From assembly GCA_965235115.1 (NCBI GenBank), contig OZ249442.1, positions 13,268,001 to 13,332,000 of the forward strand: a stretch of DNA of 64,000 nt, written 5' to 3'. Positions 1 through 11,504 of the stretch are shown here, piece after piece. Position numbers and translations under genes: made by a program. Below the pieces are notes generated by a model, which saw only the letters and a list, made by a program, of their open reading frames with translations, searched no databases and was not told where the DNA came from. This DNA comes from Laetmonice hystrix (Eukaryota). Position 1 is the first letter of the stretch. Every line of letters starts with the position of its first letter.

Positions 1-210
1 GATGGTGAGACATCAAACGATGTAAGTTGATTTATAACGAACGAGAATTAGGCCGATATGTGACTCTATTTTTAGGGGGGTGTTATATTTCCAATCAAAT
101 TTAGCAATACACGGCACTTTCCACGCTGCGAAGATATTATTAACAGAATTTAGAGATGTAGCGATATATATGGGTCTGAAGTAATGTGAAAAAGGTCACA
201 AAATGACTGT

Positions 211-613
211 TATAGGGAGCCGAAGTCTCGTGACCTGGTTATGCAAATGACGTTAAATAGCCTCAAACCAGCTCACGATAGCACCAAACGTGCGCCATGC
301 GATTGTGACGTCAAAAATTTCCCCATAGGATTAGCATTGGCAGGGCCGACAGGTTTACAAAAACCAGCCTGTATATTCACAATCTAACTTTCTAAACTAT
401 AAAACAAACTTTATCTTAGAGTAAACATGCCAGCAATCATGGATTGTAACGGTGAAATATTAACAGGGACTTCACTGCAGAATGAAAATATTTTAAAGTT
501 GACTGTCACTGTTCCCTATGGCCATCACAATGTTAAACCAGCGAGGCTATCTGCTCCTTGTCCCCACAACGCGAAATCTCTTGAATTCTCGTGACCTACT
601 TCGGCTCCCTATA
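211..613. mobile_element. MITE-like non-autonomous DNA element (~400 bp)
   Basis: A perfect 16-bp inverted repeat, TATAGGGAGCCGAAGT (211-226) / ACTTCGGCTCCCTATA (598-613), includes TA/TATA at both outer ends, and there is no recognisable coding sequence inside. Confidence 0.6.
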
Positions 614-1892
614 TACATACATATTGGGACCACCCACGGTTTCCAACATCAAAGGGTACAATACATTCATGACAAATAACCTCCAAGCATTGTTCCATGG
701 ATTCGGAACGATAATAACCGGACAGATTAAAGGAAAAACATGAAATTCATAGCAGCATCGCTGCCAACGTTTAGCGGAGGCCAGCGGGCAACTGTTGCTC
801 CCAGAATTGAGCATGTTTTTGGAAACCGTGTCATCGATGAATCATCCGTTTGCGTTATTTCTTTTTCATAAATTGACTCAGATATATTTTTATGACACTG
901 TCACAGGATCCGAGCGGTTTGTATAAAAATATATATTCAATCCAGAGGTATGTGATATGGACAAAGGCATCTTAATTATGTATAAGTCTGCAGGTCACAG
1001 ATTCCAATTTCACTAGCATGTGTGGACTGGATTGAATTTATTTCTTGTCATCATTTTATCAGATGCTGAAGAATTTAGACGGCTAGCGAAAACGGCCCCG
1101 CTTACCCGCAACAAATCCGAGTTAACCTAAAATGAAAGTTTGCATATATTTGATCCAAGCGTTGGATGAAATGACCCCCTGCCGACTACTCGCTCTGTAT
1201 CCATCCCAGATTATGTACACGAAGAGAATTTACGCTAAGGTGTTTGACAAACGAGCCTTAATTTATGGGCGTTGGGAGCTGGCCACCTGCTGCCTCCAGC
1301 GTGGGAGTGTTTATACTGACCCCTCCGCTGGGCCCACCCACCCCTGTAAACGACCCCCGGGTCCGGCTCTCATACATCACCTCACCTACAGGTGGCGCTG
1401 CGTGTCCCCGTCCAGCTAGCAATAAGCACCGCGCCCCACCCAACCCGCACCTTGGTTCATTATACCGCGGCCTCATTAGACACCCCACACATGGGATCAC
1501 GTTCAACCTGTTGAGGGCCAGGAAATGATCACTTTGTCGGAGATGGAGATATTTATGGTTCATAGCAGACGAGCGAAACCAAAATGGGTCCAGCAATCAA
1601 TGGGCTTGATTTTGGTACTCAAGTTCTATAGTATTCCAAAACTCCTGGTTTAAATCCCGTTTGTAATCTTAAAAAAATGAATGAACCATGATACGTGTCT
1701 ACATTCCCAAACATAATATTGTCACCTCTCTGTATCACTATAAAGTGATATGGGCTGCACCCCCCTATATACCCCGCCCTTCCCGCAGTACTGCTATTAG
1801 ATCCCCCCATAGCTCAGTCAATGATAAGGCCAAGACCAGGTGAGCCCGCTCGGGTTGCCCACCAACAGACCATTTAACTAACCGACAGGAGG

Positions 1893-2917
1893 ATCCCAGG
1901 TCTCCAGTACCCTCCAGGTACCAGCGGGTATGGGCCGGTATCTCCAGCAGCCAAGGCGGCCACCCTCACATCCTGGCGGGTCCCAGTTCTCCAGTACCGT
2001 CCAGGTACCAGCGGGTATGGGCCGGTATCTCCAGCAGCCAAGGCGGCCACCCTCACATCCTGGCGGGTCCCAGTTCTCCAGTATCCACCAGGTACCAGCG
2101 GGTATGGGCCGGTATCTCCAGCAGCCAAGGCGGCCACCGTCACATCCTGGCGGGTCCCAGTTCTCCAGTATCCACCAGGTACCAGCGGGTATGGGCCGGT
2201 ATCTCCAGCAGCCAAGGCGGCCACCCTCACATCCTGGCGGGTCCCAGTTCTCCAGTACAGGTACCAGCGGGTATGGGCCGGTATCTCCAGCAGCCAAGGC
2301 GGCCACCCTCACATCCTGGCGGGCCCCAGTTCTCCAGTACCCTACAGGTACTAGCGGGTATGGGCCGGTATCTCCAGCAGCCAAGGCGGCCACCCTCACA
2401 TCCTGGCGGGTCCCAGTTCTCCAGTATCCACCAGGTACCAGCGGGTATGGGCCGGTATCTCCAGCAGCCAAGGCGGCCACCCTCACATCCTGGCGGGTCC
2501 CAGTTCTCCAGTACAGGTACCAGCGGGTATGGGCCGGTATCTCCAGCAACCAAGGCGGCCACCCTCACATCCTGGCGGGTCCCAGTTCTCCAGTACAGGT
2601 ACCAGCGGGTATGGGCCGGTATCTCCAGCAGCCAAAGCGGCCACCCTCACATCCTGGCGGGTCCCAGGTCTCCAGTACAGGTACCAGCGGGTATGGGCCG
2701 GTATCTCCAGCAACCAAGGCGGCCACCCTCACATCCTGGCGGGTCCCAGGTCTCCAGTACCCTCCAGGTACCAGCGGGTATGGGCCGGTATCTCCAGCAG
2801 CCAAGGCGGCCACCCTCAGATCCTGGCGGGTCCCAGTTCTCCAGTACCCTCCAGGTACCAGCGGGTATGGGCCGGTATCTCCAGCAGCCAAGGCGGCCAC
2901 CCTCACATCCTGGCGGG
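1893..2917. repeat. GC-rich minisatellite, 87/82-bp units, about 12 copies
   Basis: Unit starts (GGTAC) are at 1917, 2004, 2091, 2178, 2260, 2347, 2434, 2516, 2598, 2680, 2767 and 2854. An 80-bp core is followed by a 7-bp or 2-bp linker. Confidence 0.97.
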
Positions 2918-4127
2918 ACCGGCCGGGTATGGGAGGGCTGTGAACACGGTCAGGGTAATGAGTCCCCGAGGGGGGCCGACGGAGGTTCCGGGGGGTATGT
3001 GCACAGACATCTTTCTATCAGCTGCTAACGTTAGGAAGCTGTGGTATTGCGATACCCGGTATGAATTATTCTGTTCAGAGCGGCCGGACCTGTGCTGCCA
3101 CACCCGTCAGATTTGATAGAATAGAAGCGGATGATGAATCGTTACGTAACAGCCGGAGACTATTCATGGTTTTTATCGGTCTCAATGCCCGACATCCGTT
3201 CAGCACTGATCGCACAATGTCGGGGGACCAATGAAACTAAAACGATCTCGTATCATTCCTTGAACAAGTGTATTCGGGGTTCAGACCACGACCATGTTCT
3301 GAACACGTGTGGCTTAAGTCAGACAATGCATGCAGAGCAGGGCTAAACAATGTTTTAAGGGAGGAAAAATGCTTAAACTGGAGGATTTGAATTTCCATGA
3401 CTTTTTGATGAGGCCTTTGGAACTTTTCAAATTTTCTAGTATTGTCAAGTCTGGATTTTGTCAATCTAGAATCCCATGACCGTTCAATGTGCATGTATAC
3501 ATGACTCGTGCAAACACTAATAGTTGTGGGGACATTAACGAGTCTTTGTACGCCAGTAACGAAGCCCCAGTGCCTTCACCAACAAGACAAGGAAGGCAGG
3601 AGACTTGGGAGTTGAAGGGAGGCGTTAACGATCTCCTGACGTCTAGGTGGCGCTGTGTGGTGGGTGATGGCCGACGTTGGGGGAATGTATACATAGTGCC
3701 AATCAGCGTTCTTGGCATTGCAGGTATGTCTTGGGAAGTCTGAGGCATGTCTACAGCTCACGCTGAGAATGTATTAAGCTCATGAACCTCTCCATGAACA
3801 ATTCACTTCTTTATGGCAGTAATTCGCAAGAATGTCGGAGAGCTCTAGGCCTACGTGAAGCCATGTAGGGCCTAGCTCCATACGAAAACTTCCGAGCTAT
3901 AATATACCGACTAGAGATAGCATCCAACGAAGGAATAACGCTTCACATTTACCGGTTATACAAAGTTTCAAGTGATGTTCAGAAAGTACTGTTACAGGCC
4001 ATCCTCTCTGTTTTAGGGCCTATTTATTCACCCTAATAACACTTAATAGTATATTTATTTATTTACCTTAAATCGTGTATATATAGGCGTCTGTAGATAT
4101 CTGAATATTGATCGTATGAGTGCGGTG

Positions 4128-4511
4128 GGATGGGGGTGGGTGAGATGGGAGCCTGGTAGCCTAAGCCTGCCGGTGAGATGGGGGTGGGTGATGGAAGCCT
4201 GGTAGCCTAAGCCTGCCTGTGGGATGGGGTGGATGGGATGGGAGCCTGGTAGCCTAAGCCTGCCGGTGAGATGGGGGTAGGTGAGATGGGAGCCTGGTAG
4301 CCTAAGCCTGCCGGTGAGATGGGGGTAGGTGAGATGGGAGCCTGGTAGCCTAAGCCTGCCGGTGAGATGGGGGTAGGTGAGATGGGAGCCTGGTAGCCTA
4401 AGCCTGCCGGTGAGATGGGGATGGGTGAGATGGAAGCCTGGTAGCCTAAGCCTGCCGGTGAGATGGGGGTGGGTGAGATGGGAGCCTGGTAGCCTAAGCC
4501 TGCCGGTGAGA
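4128..4511. repeat. G-rich minisatellite, 48-bp unit, about 8 copies
   Basis: GGTGAGATGGGAGCCTGGTAGCCTAAGCCTGCCGGTGAGATGGGGGTA recurs with a 48-bp period (e.g. 4280, 4328). Confidence 0.95.
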
Positions 4512-4909
4512 GTGGCCCTAGAAGCCGATAACAGCCTCAGGCTAGTCAGAAAACACGTATGGCATCAGCGTCTCCACCACACGCCACTTAGTGCGAGATG
4601 TGATCGCAAGCAATCGAGGTAGAATCGGCGAAAACGATCCGGAGAGTAAGTAGAGATAGCCGGCGGGTAGAAAGGGACCTGAGGGTGGGAGAGGGGGTTG
4701 ATACATAGGTAAGACAAGCCTTGGGGGATCGACCGCCTCCGTCTCGGAAATCAGCCGGCAAACCACGCCACGCGCGCACCCTGGCGGCGGTGGCGAAGAG
4801 TGGCGCCACGTCATGGCGACCCATCATGGGAGTCGTGTGTCGGTGTCGTATGTCGTGTGGCGTGGGTCGGACGACAAAGGTCAGGTCGGCTGTCCCATCG
4901 TGTACACAC

Positions 4910-5021
4910 ACCTATCCGTGGGCCCAGCAGGGGGGCAGGGATCGCGAGGGTGTGCTGGCAAGCCTTACCTATCTGTGGGCCCAGCAGGGGGGCAGGGATC
5001 GCGAGGGTGTGCTGGCAAGCC
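4910..5021. repeat. 57-bp tandem duplication (2 copies)
   Basis: ACCTATC(C/T)GTGGGCCCAGCAGGGGGGCAGGGATCGCGAGGGTGTGCTGGCAAGCC occurs at 4910 and 4967. Confidence 0.9.
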
Positions 5022-6149
5022 TGCCATGGAGAAAACGGGGTAAAATGGACACAAAGAACATGTTTGACAGGAAGATGATATCAACTATCTCTTCAGGTTG
5101 ATCTACGTCCATCATGTTAGGCCTACACTACAGAACACAAAAGATGCTGACATCTAGAAAACATTGCTGACATGCAGAAAACATAGGGCGAAAAGCTCGG
5201 ATACTTGTTGTATGTCTCGAATGTCCCGTCGACTCTCATGCTCTTTCTAAATATTGTGTGTAAAAACTTTCTAAAATGTTGACTGGCCAAATCTGTTATC
5301 CTTTCTGCATGCCAGCCTAGTATTTTTATTATCGGCCTCGTTCCGTTAGTTGTTACTGCACCGCAGTTAACCATTGGCATTGGCCAATGCCTTGTGCGAA
5401 TTTAGACCGATAGCTAATAACAATGCGGATATAGGACAGTGGATTCAGGTCAATGTAATGAATAAGGACATTTGAGATTGTGAAATCAGGAGAAATACAG
5501 CGAAAGCGTTTTGAAGCCAGGTCATCACAGACCTGAGACTTCCGATTTTTGTTCCAGTAATGTTGACAGAGTTCGCTCCTGTAGACAGAGTGGATACATT
5601 TTGTCCTCCTGTGTGAGGATACCTCCGGGCAGGTGGGGGAATGATTGACAGCTGCCAGACAGCTGTATTGATGGCAGCACGACATCTAGCCCCCAGCTGG
5701 AGTGTTTTTTCAGTGCCTGTTTACAAACACTGGGAAGAATCCCAGCCTTGCCCACCCCTAGGGTTCACAGCCACACCCCAGCATGGATCTATCTCCTCAG
5801 CCATGTCTATCAACATGAATGGATCGGGAAGAATACGAGTAAAGACTTTGCAGACCATATCAGCCCGCCAGGAACTAAAAATAACACCAGAAACATGGTT
5901 TAAAATAATCAATATTGAAACTACGAGGTCCGGTCATGTAATCTGACATAACAATACAAATGCTTACTTCCAAAACTAAATATGACGTTATATCGATGGT
6001 ATGAATCTGTGCCTCTGAAGCCCGTCATAATATACAAACTTCTAGCTGACTTCAGGCGGCAAGCTGTATACTTCATTTGATTTCAAGCAGACCCTTGCCA
6101 AGTGAAACAGTGGTAGCGAATTAAATATCTGTCTTCATTGCTTTTTCAG

Positions 6150-6238
6150 AAACAAGCAGGAGGAAACGGAGGATTATGTGGGGACAAACTTCCACCCGCC
6201 ATTCACTCGACCGGGCCATTCCTCACCATATACTTCAG
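6150..6238 (+). CDS. Internal exon of a CUB-LDLa protein gene (CUB domain segment KQAGGNGGLCGDKLPPAIHSTGPFLTIYF-R)
   Basis: The acceptor is cttcattgctttttcag| and the donor is CAG|gtaagt. The 89 nt run phase 0 to phase 2. LCG..LP..I.STG..LTI.F is a typical CUB-domain motif, and the exon joins the 25790 exon in frame. This frame is absent from the ORF track because TAA follows the donor. Confidence 0.88.
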
Positions 6239-7545
6239 GTAAGTCAGTGGGGATTTATGTGGGGACAAACTTGTACCTGCCATTCACTCGACCGGGCCAT
6301 TCCTCACCATATACTTCAGGTAAGTCAGTGGGGATTTATGTGGGGACAAACTTGTACCTGCCATTCACTCGACCGGGCCATTCCCCACCATATACTTCAG
6401 GTAAGTCAGTGGGGATTTATGTGGGGACAAACTTGTACCTGCCATTCACTCGACCGGGCCATTCCTCACCATATACTTCAGGTAAGTCAGTGGGGATTTA
6501 TGTGGGGACAAACTTGTACCTGCCATTCACTCGACCGGGCCATTCCTCACCATATACTTCAGGTAAGTCAGTGGGGATTTATGTGGGGACAAACTTGTAC
6601 CTGCCATTCACTCGACCGGGCCATTCCTCACCATATACTTCAGGTAAGTCAGTGGGGATTTATGTGGGGACAAACTTGTACCTGCCATTCACTCGACCGG
6701 GCCGTTCCTCACCATATACTTCAGGTAAGTCAGTGGGGATTTATGTGGGGACAAACTTGTACCTGCCATTCACTCGACCGGGCCATTCCTCACCATATAC
6801 TTCAGGTAAGTCAGTGGGGATTTATGTGGGGACAAACTTGTACCTGCCATTCACTCGACCGGGCCGTTCCTCACCATATACTTCAGGTAAGTCAGTGGGG
6901 ATTTATGTGGGGACAAACTTGTACCTGCCATTCACTCGACTGGGCCGTTCCTCACCATATACTTCAGGTAAGTCAGTGGGGATTTATGTGGGGACAAACT
7001 TGTACCTGCCATTCACTCGACCGGGCCGTTCCTCACCATATACTTCAGGTAAGTCAGTGGGGATTTATGTGGGGACAAACTTGTACCTGCCATTCACTCG
7101 ACCGGGCCATTCCTCACCATATACTTCAGGTAAGTCAGTGGGGATTTATGTGGGGACAAACTTGTACCTGCCATTCACTCGACCGGGCCATTCCTCACCA
7201 TATACTTCAGGTAAGTCAGTGGGGATTTATGTGGGGACAAACTTGTACCTGCCATTCACTCGACCGGGCCATTCCTCACCATATACTTCAGGTAAGTCAG
7301 TGGGGATTTATGTGGGGACAAACTTGTACCTGCCATTCACTCGACCGGGCCATTCCTCACCATATACTTCAGGTAAGTCAGTGGGGATTTATGTGGGGAC
7401 AAACTTGTACCTGCCATTCACTCGACCGGGCCATTCCCCACCATATACTTCAGGTAAGTCAGTGGGGATTTATGTGGGGACAAACTTGTACCTGCCATTC
7501 ACTCGACCGGGCCATTCCTCACCATATACTTCAGGTAAGTCAGTG
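6171..7545 (+). repeat. 81-bp minisatellite derived from the exon 3' end plus 5' splice site, 17 copies
   Basis: GT donors fall at 6239 + 81n up to 7535 (17 in total). The unit is GGGATTTATGTGGGGACAAACTTGTACCTGCCATTCACTCGACCGGGCCATTCCTCACCATATACTTCAG|GTAAGTCAGTG. Confidence 0.97.
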
Positions 7546-8437
7546 GTGACGTCATTAATAACTCCCACATGACATGGTCTCAGGTCTTCAGTCAGTAGAA
7601 GTCAGTGCTCACGGTAATGTGTGTGTTGTATTGTTGTATAGAGCGAGGTGCTGAATGAATGAAAGCAACAGTTGGGTGTTCACTAGGAGAAATGATTTGT
7701 TGGTTGTGTCACCGATAAACCCCACAACGTCCTTGTTCTTGTCATGTCTTGTCTGTGTTCTGTGTTTACGACACGACTCAACGGAGTCGGCCTCCTCCAG
7801 TCCGTATCTCTGCCCCTCCCCCAGCCTCCCTCCATCTCTCTCCACCCATCCCCGGTCCTGGGAAGCTGCCAGTAGCGTCCGTATCTATCACGTCTATCAA
7901 ATCGACTCCAGCAAACAAACATTTGCTCCCCCTTGCACCATACACGCAGGATTTGCGTGTGGCAACCGACCGCATCTGATGAAAAAGAATACACAGGAAG
8001 CCTGAGCCGACCTCCCTCGTACGGTGAGGTCGACGAATGAGGGCTCCCTCCTAGGCCAGCTGTTCTCGGGATGCGGTCGGCTTCAGACGGCATGATGAAG
8101 GAATGCAACCTGGAAATATGACTTGTGTCGGGGGTGGCTGTGAGGGCGGACGTCATAGGTCAGGGGGAGGGAGAGGATCGCCGGGGGGGGGGGGGGGGGG
8201 TTGTCCAGGTGGCTTCGTATCCCCTCACTGCAGCTGGGTGGTCGAAATGGTTCCCACACAACCCCTCCTGGTGATGGAGTGATTGAGAGAGGGGGAAGAG
8301 GAAACCGTAAAAAAATAATAAGCGAACAGTACACTGCCATTCACGCAAACACTGGGAAGAAATATAAGCGAGCAGTACACTGCCATTCACGCAAAAACGG
8401 GGAAGAAATGAGCGAGAGGTTTTTACTGTAGTATATA

Positions 8438-8471
8438 TCTCAGACGGTCATATATATATGACCGTCTGAGA
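8438..8471. repeat. Perfect 34-bp palindrome
   Basis: TCTCAGACGGTC-ATATATATAT-GACCGTCTGAGA equals its own reverse complement. Confidence 0.95.
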
Positions 8472-10615
8472 CGAAATGGTAGCAGTTCGATGTACAAAAC
8501 ACAAACTATAGAGAACACTTGAGGTGGAGACTGGTGCAGCAACGATTGGTGTAAATCTCCTTCATTGGTAGGGCGGCACCTGCACAAAAACATCATTGAT
8601 TCGGGTCCGCGGAGTGGGTGGGTATCAGAGAGGGAGGGAGTTCGGTGGAGTGGGTGGGTATCAGGGAGGGAGTTGTTGCTGCTGCTGCAGGAGTTCACAG
8701 ATCAAGTAACCTTCTCCTCGATGCTATTATCGCACACGGGCAATCAATATCTGGAGGATATCCTAGTGCAGACGGCGGAGTGCCTTCCATCAATCAGCTT
8801 TGTCACTATAACTTAGTTAGGGAGCATCCGAGCGTCATTTCACCTTCAGCTAGCGTAGAGTGGGGCAATGGTAGCACCAAAAGTTGTGAATTAAATGAAA
8901 ATCTTTGGAGACCTTTTATGTTTACGTTTCCATCATCGGGACGGTGGATATTGAATGATGTAGAGAGTTGAGGAGAATGCCGTCAAGTGGAAGACAACAT
9001 TCTACTCAAGGTCCTAAGAGAATCCGACAGAAGCCACCTAGTAATGTAGGAAATGGCTGATTTATCAAGAGAAGCGCAATGGTGTAGTGCTAGGAACTGA
9101 AGGGTGTATTGAAGAAGCTGTAGTCATTCCCTGGATATTAAGAAGCATCCTCTGGTCTGCATCCTCTCCTTGATTTGACCGTGGGACCACGCCCACATTA
9201 ATCCCTTATGGTTGGGAAGCTAAAATAAACCAACCGGGAGAGTCGGAAAGATTGGTAGAGGACAGGGTGTGGGTAACAAGGGGCCGAGGTGGTACAAGGG
9301 AGGATCGTCCTAACTATGATCTGTAGGGATTACAGGCGGTCTATGGCAGATGGCCGGGGGATAACCTCCGGGTCTGTCCCGGCCGGCCAGCCGGCGGCCT
9401 GATGGTACAGGTCCCGGGCGGAGTGGGGCTGGGAGTGCCGGGCAAGTCCCTCACGTCTTGCTGAAATGGCAAGGTTTTCTGGGATAACTTCAATATTATT
9501 GTGGATAATGCACAGAGCACTGATGCCTTATGTTTACATAATGAAGGGGAGACGTATAATTAAAGTGATTGGATGGTAAAATGGTATAAGAATGTGAACG
9601 AAATAACCAACATCCTTTGGCCGTTACGACGATCTAAACCTCCGATCGTTTTCTGTGTATTGGGTATCGACGAGTGCTGCCGCCTACAAGACTCTACAAT
9701 TAAGGACATTCGTAGCCTAATGTCCCTTTGGGTCAGTCAGTACAGAGAGGTCGAAGGGCATGGTGTGAGAATTGAGCCCTGATTGTACTGATCCCGTCTG
9801 ACCTCCTTCCACCACCCCCATGCCACCCCACCCCGCCCCGCCCCCGGAGGGGTGATGACAGGGGGTGAGGGTTGGGCAGGTGGTCAGACAGGTGTCTGGA
9901 CAGTATCTAACCAGCTCATCATGACCCTAATCTATTGGACTCACGCACGACATTCAGACATGGCTCGCAGGCCTGCACGTGCAGTGCACGGCTGACTGTC
10001 CGGACCGAGGTGTAGCCACGGTGGACTGTGAAATCACAGGGATCTTGAATCTGCTGCAGGGGTGGACATGAACCCTCCTACCCCCACCCCAACCATGGGG
10101 TATGATCACCTGTTGACCGACCATCTATTTATAGACTCACCATCGGGTGTGGTCAGTCCAGGGTTGTGGGGTCGGGTCAGGCTGACTGCTGGGCGGGGGG
10201 AGGAGGGAGGACCTCTCTGGTATGTCTGAAGGATGTATGTATGTGGGGGTGTTGATGGAGGGTGATTACCCGCCACTGTGGTCCCGGGCGTTCTTCTATT
10301 GCCAGCCAAAGGTTTAGCTCGAGGGCCATTTTATTTGAAAATGATAAAAACATAATATCTGATCAAACTATGGATCTCGAGAAATCATAAGATGTCTTGT
10401 CTATAAAACAATTGTCTTTACAAGGAGAATAAATACAATTTCACAGACACATTATAAGTCATAGTTTCAGGAAGGAACCGAAGAGTGTTTGAGTTTTAGA
10501 ATTTCGACCAGAAAAAGTTTATTTGTGGCGTTGCCGAGGGAGGGAAGCGAGCGTGCAGAGGAGGCGTCCGGTGCTCGGGTGTCACTTACCTCAAATAAGG
10601 AGGCGTTCATTTGGT

Positions 10616-10655
10616 GTCACCTGTCACCTGACCTGTCACCTGACCTGTCACCTGA
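10616..10655. repeat. Short tandem repeat of (ACCTGTCACCTG), E-box rich
   Basis: GTCACCTGTCACCTGACCTGTCACCTGACCTGTCACCTGA. Confidence 0.8.
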
Positions 10656-11082
10656 TACGGGGGCTCCTGCTGGCGCTTTCCTTCATTATCGCTCAGATAA
10701 TGCCACCTACCTGAGTCTGAGGTGGTCGGAGATCCGTGCCGCAGGCACCAACCTACCATGGCTTGGTTCCCGAATCAATTAGTACATTGGTTTTCTTTGC
10801 TGACCTAAAAAAGGTCATTGGTTTTCTTTGCTGACCTGAAAAAGGTTAACCCATAAAGATTGTCAGGAGAAACCTTTTTTTTCTATTCGGATGAGAATGT
10901 AAGGGGGTGACACACTTGACATGGAGACTGCATCACTTGCACACTGCCAAGTGGCTTACATTTTGTAGATTGTTTGTCACCACCCCCGGAGTCCCCCGTG
11001 GGGGGTACTGGACCCCCAGAGTGTTTCATACAGTCATTGTATCAACAGTACAGTTCTTGCGTATTGTTAATATTATCCAGAG

Positions 11083-11504
11083 GCAGGCACACAGTGGGTC
11101 TCAAGTTGGAGCCCTGGGGTTGCAGACCCTGTATGCAGGCACACAGTGGGTCTCAAGTTGGAGCCCTGGGGTTGCAGACCCTGTATGCAGGCACACAGTG
11201 GGTCTCAAGTTGGAGCCCTGGGGTTGCAGACCCTGTATGCAGGCACACAGTGGGTCTCAAGTTGGAGCCCTGGGGTTGCAGACCCTGTATGCAGGCACAC
11301 AGTGGGTCTCAAGTTGGAGCACTGGGGTTGCAGACCCTGTATGCAGGCACACAGTGGGTCTCAAGTTGGAGCCCTGGGGTTGCAGACCCTGTATGCAGGC
11401 ACACAGTGGGTCTCAAGTTGGAGCCCTGGGGTTGCAGACCCTGTATGCAGGCACACAGTGGGTCTCAAGTTGGAGCCCTAGGGTTGCAGACCCTGTATGC
11501 AGGC
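11083..11504. repeat. Minisatellite, 52-bp unit, about 8 copies
   Basis: GCAGGCACACAGTGGGTCTCAAGTTGGAGCCCTGGGGTTGCAGACCCTGTAT recurs at 11083, 11135 and onward. Confidence 0.97.

Noticed and set aside
1803-1860. TAGCTCAGTC A-box-like sequence (tRNA or SINE head)
   Set aside because: There is no B-box and no cloverleaf.
1874-3116. Multiple 110-340-aa ORFs on both strands
   Set aside because: They come from a nearly stop-free GC-rich minisatellite, with no recognisable domain or splice support.
5192-5248. Minus-strand peptide RKSMRVDGTFETYNKYPSF resembling a MULE transposase DGTF motif
   Set aside because: It is a single short motif with no other catalytic motifs or TIRs nearby.
6176-7572. 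457-aa and 464-aa ORFs in the track
   Set aside because: They are two non-coding frames of the 81-bp array. The homology-supported CUB frame is the third one, which is closed by TAA after each donor.
7778-8156. Minus-strand ORFs with a good acceptor near 7976
   Set aside because: There is no convincing donor, partner exon or recognisable protein.
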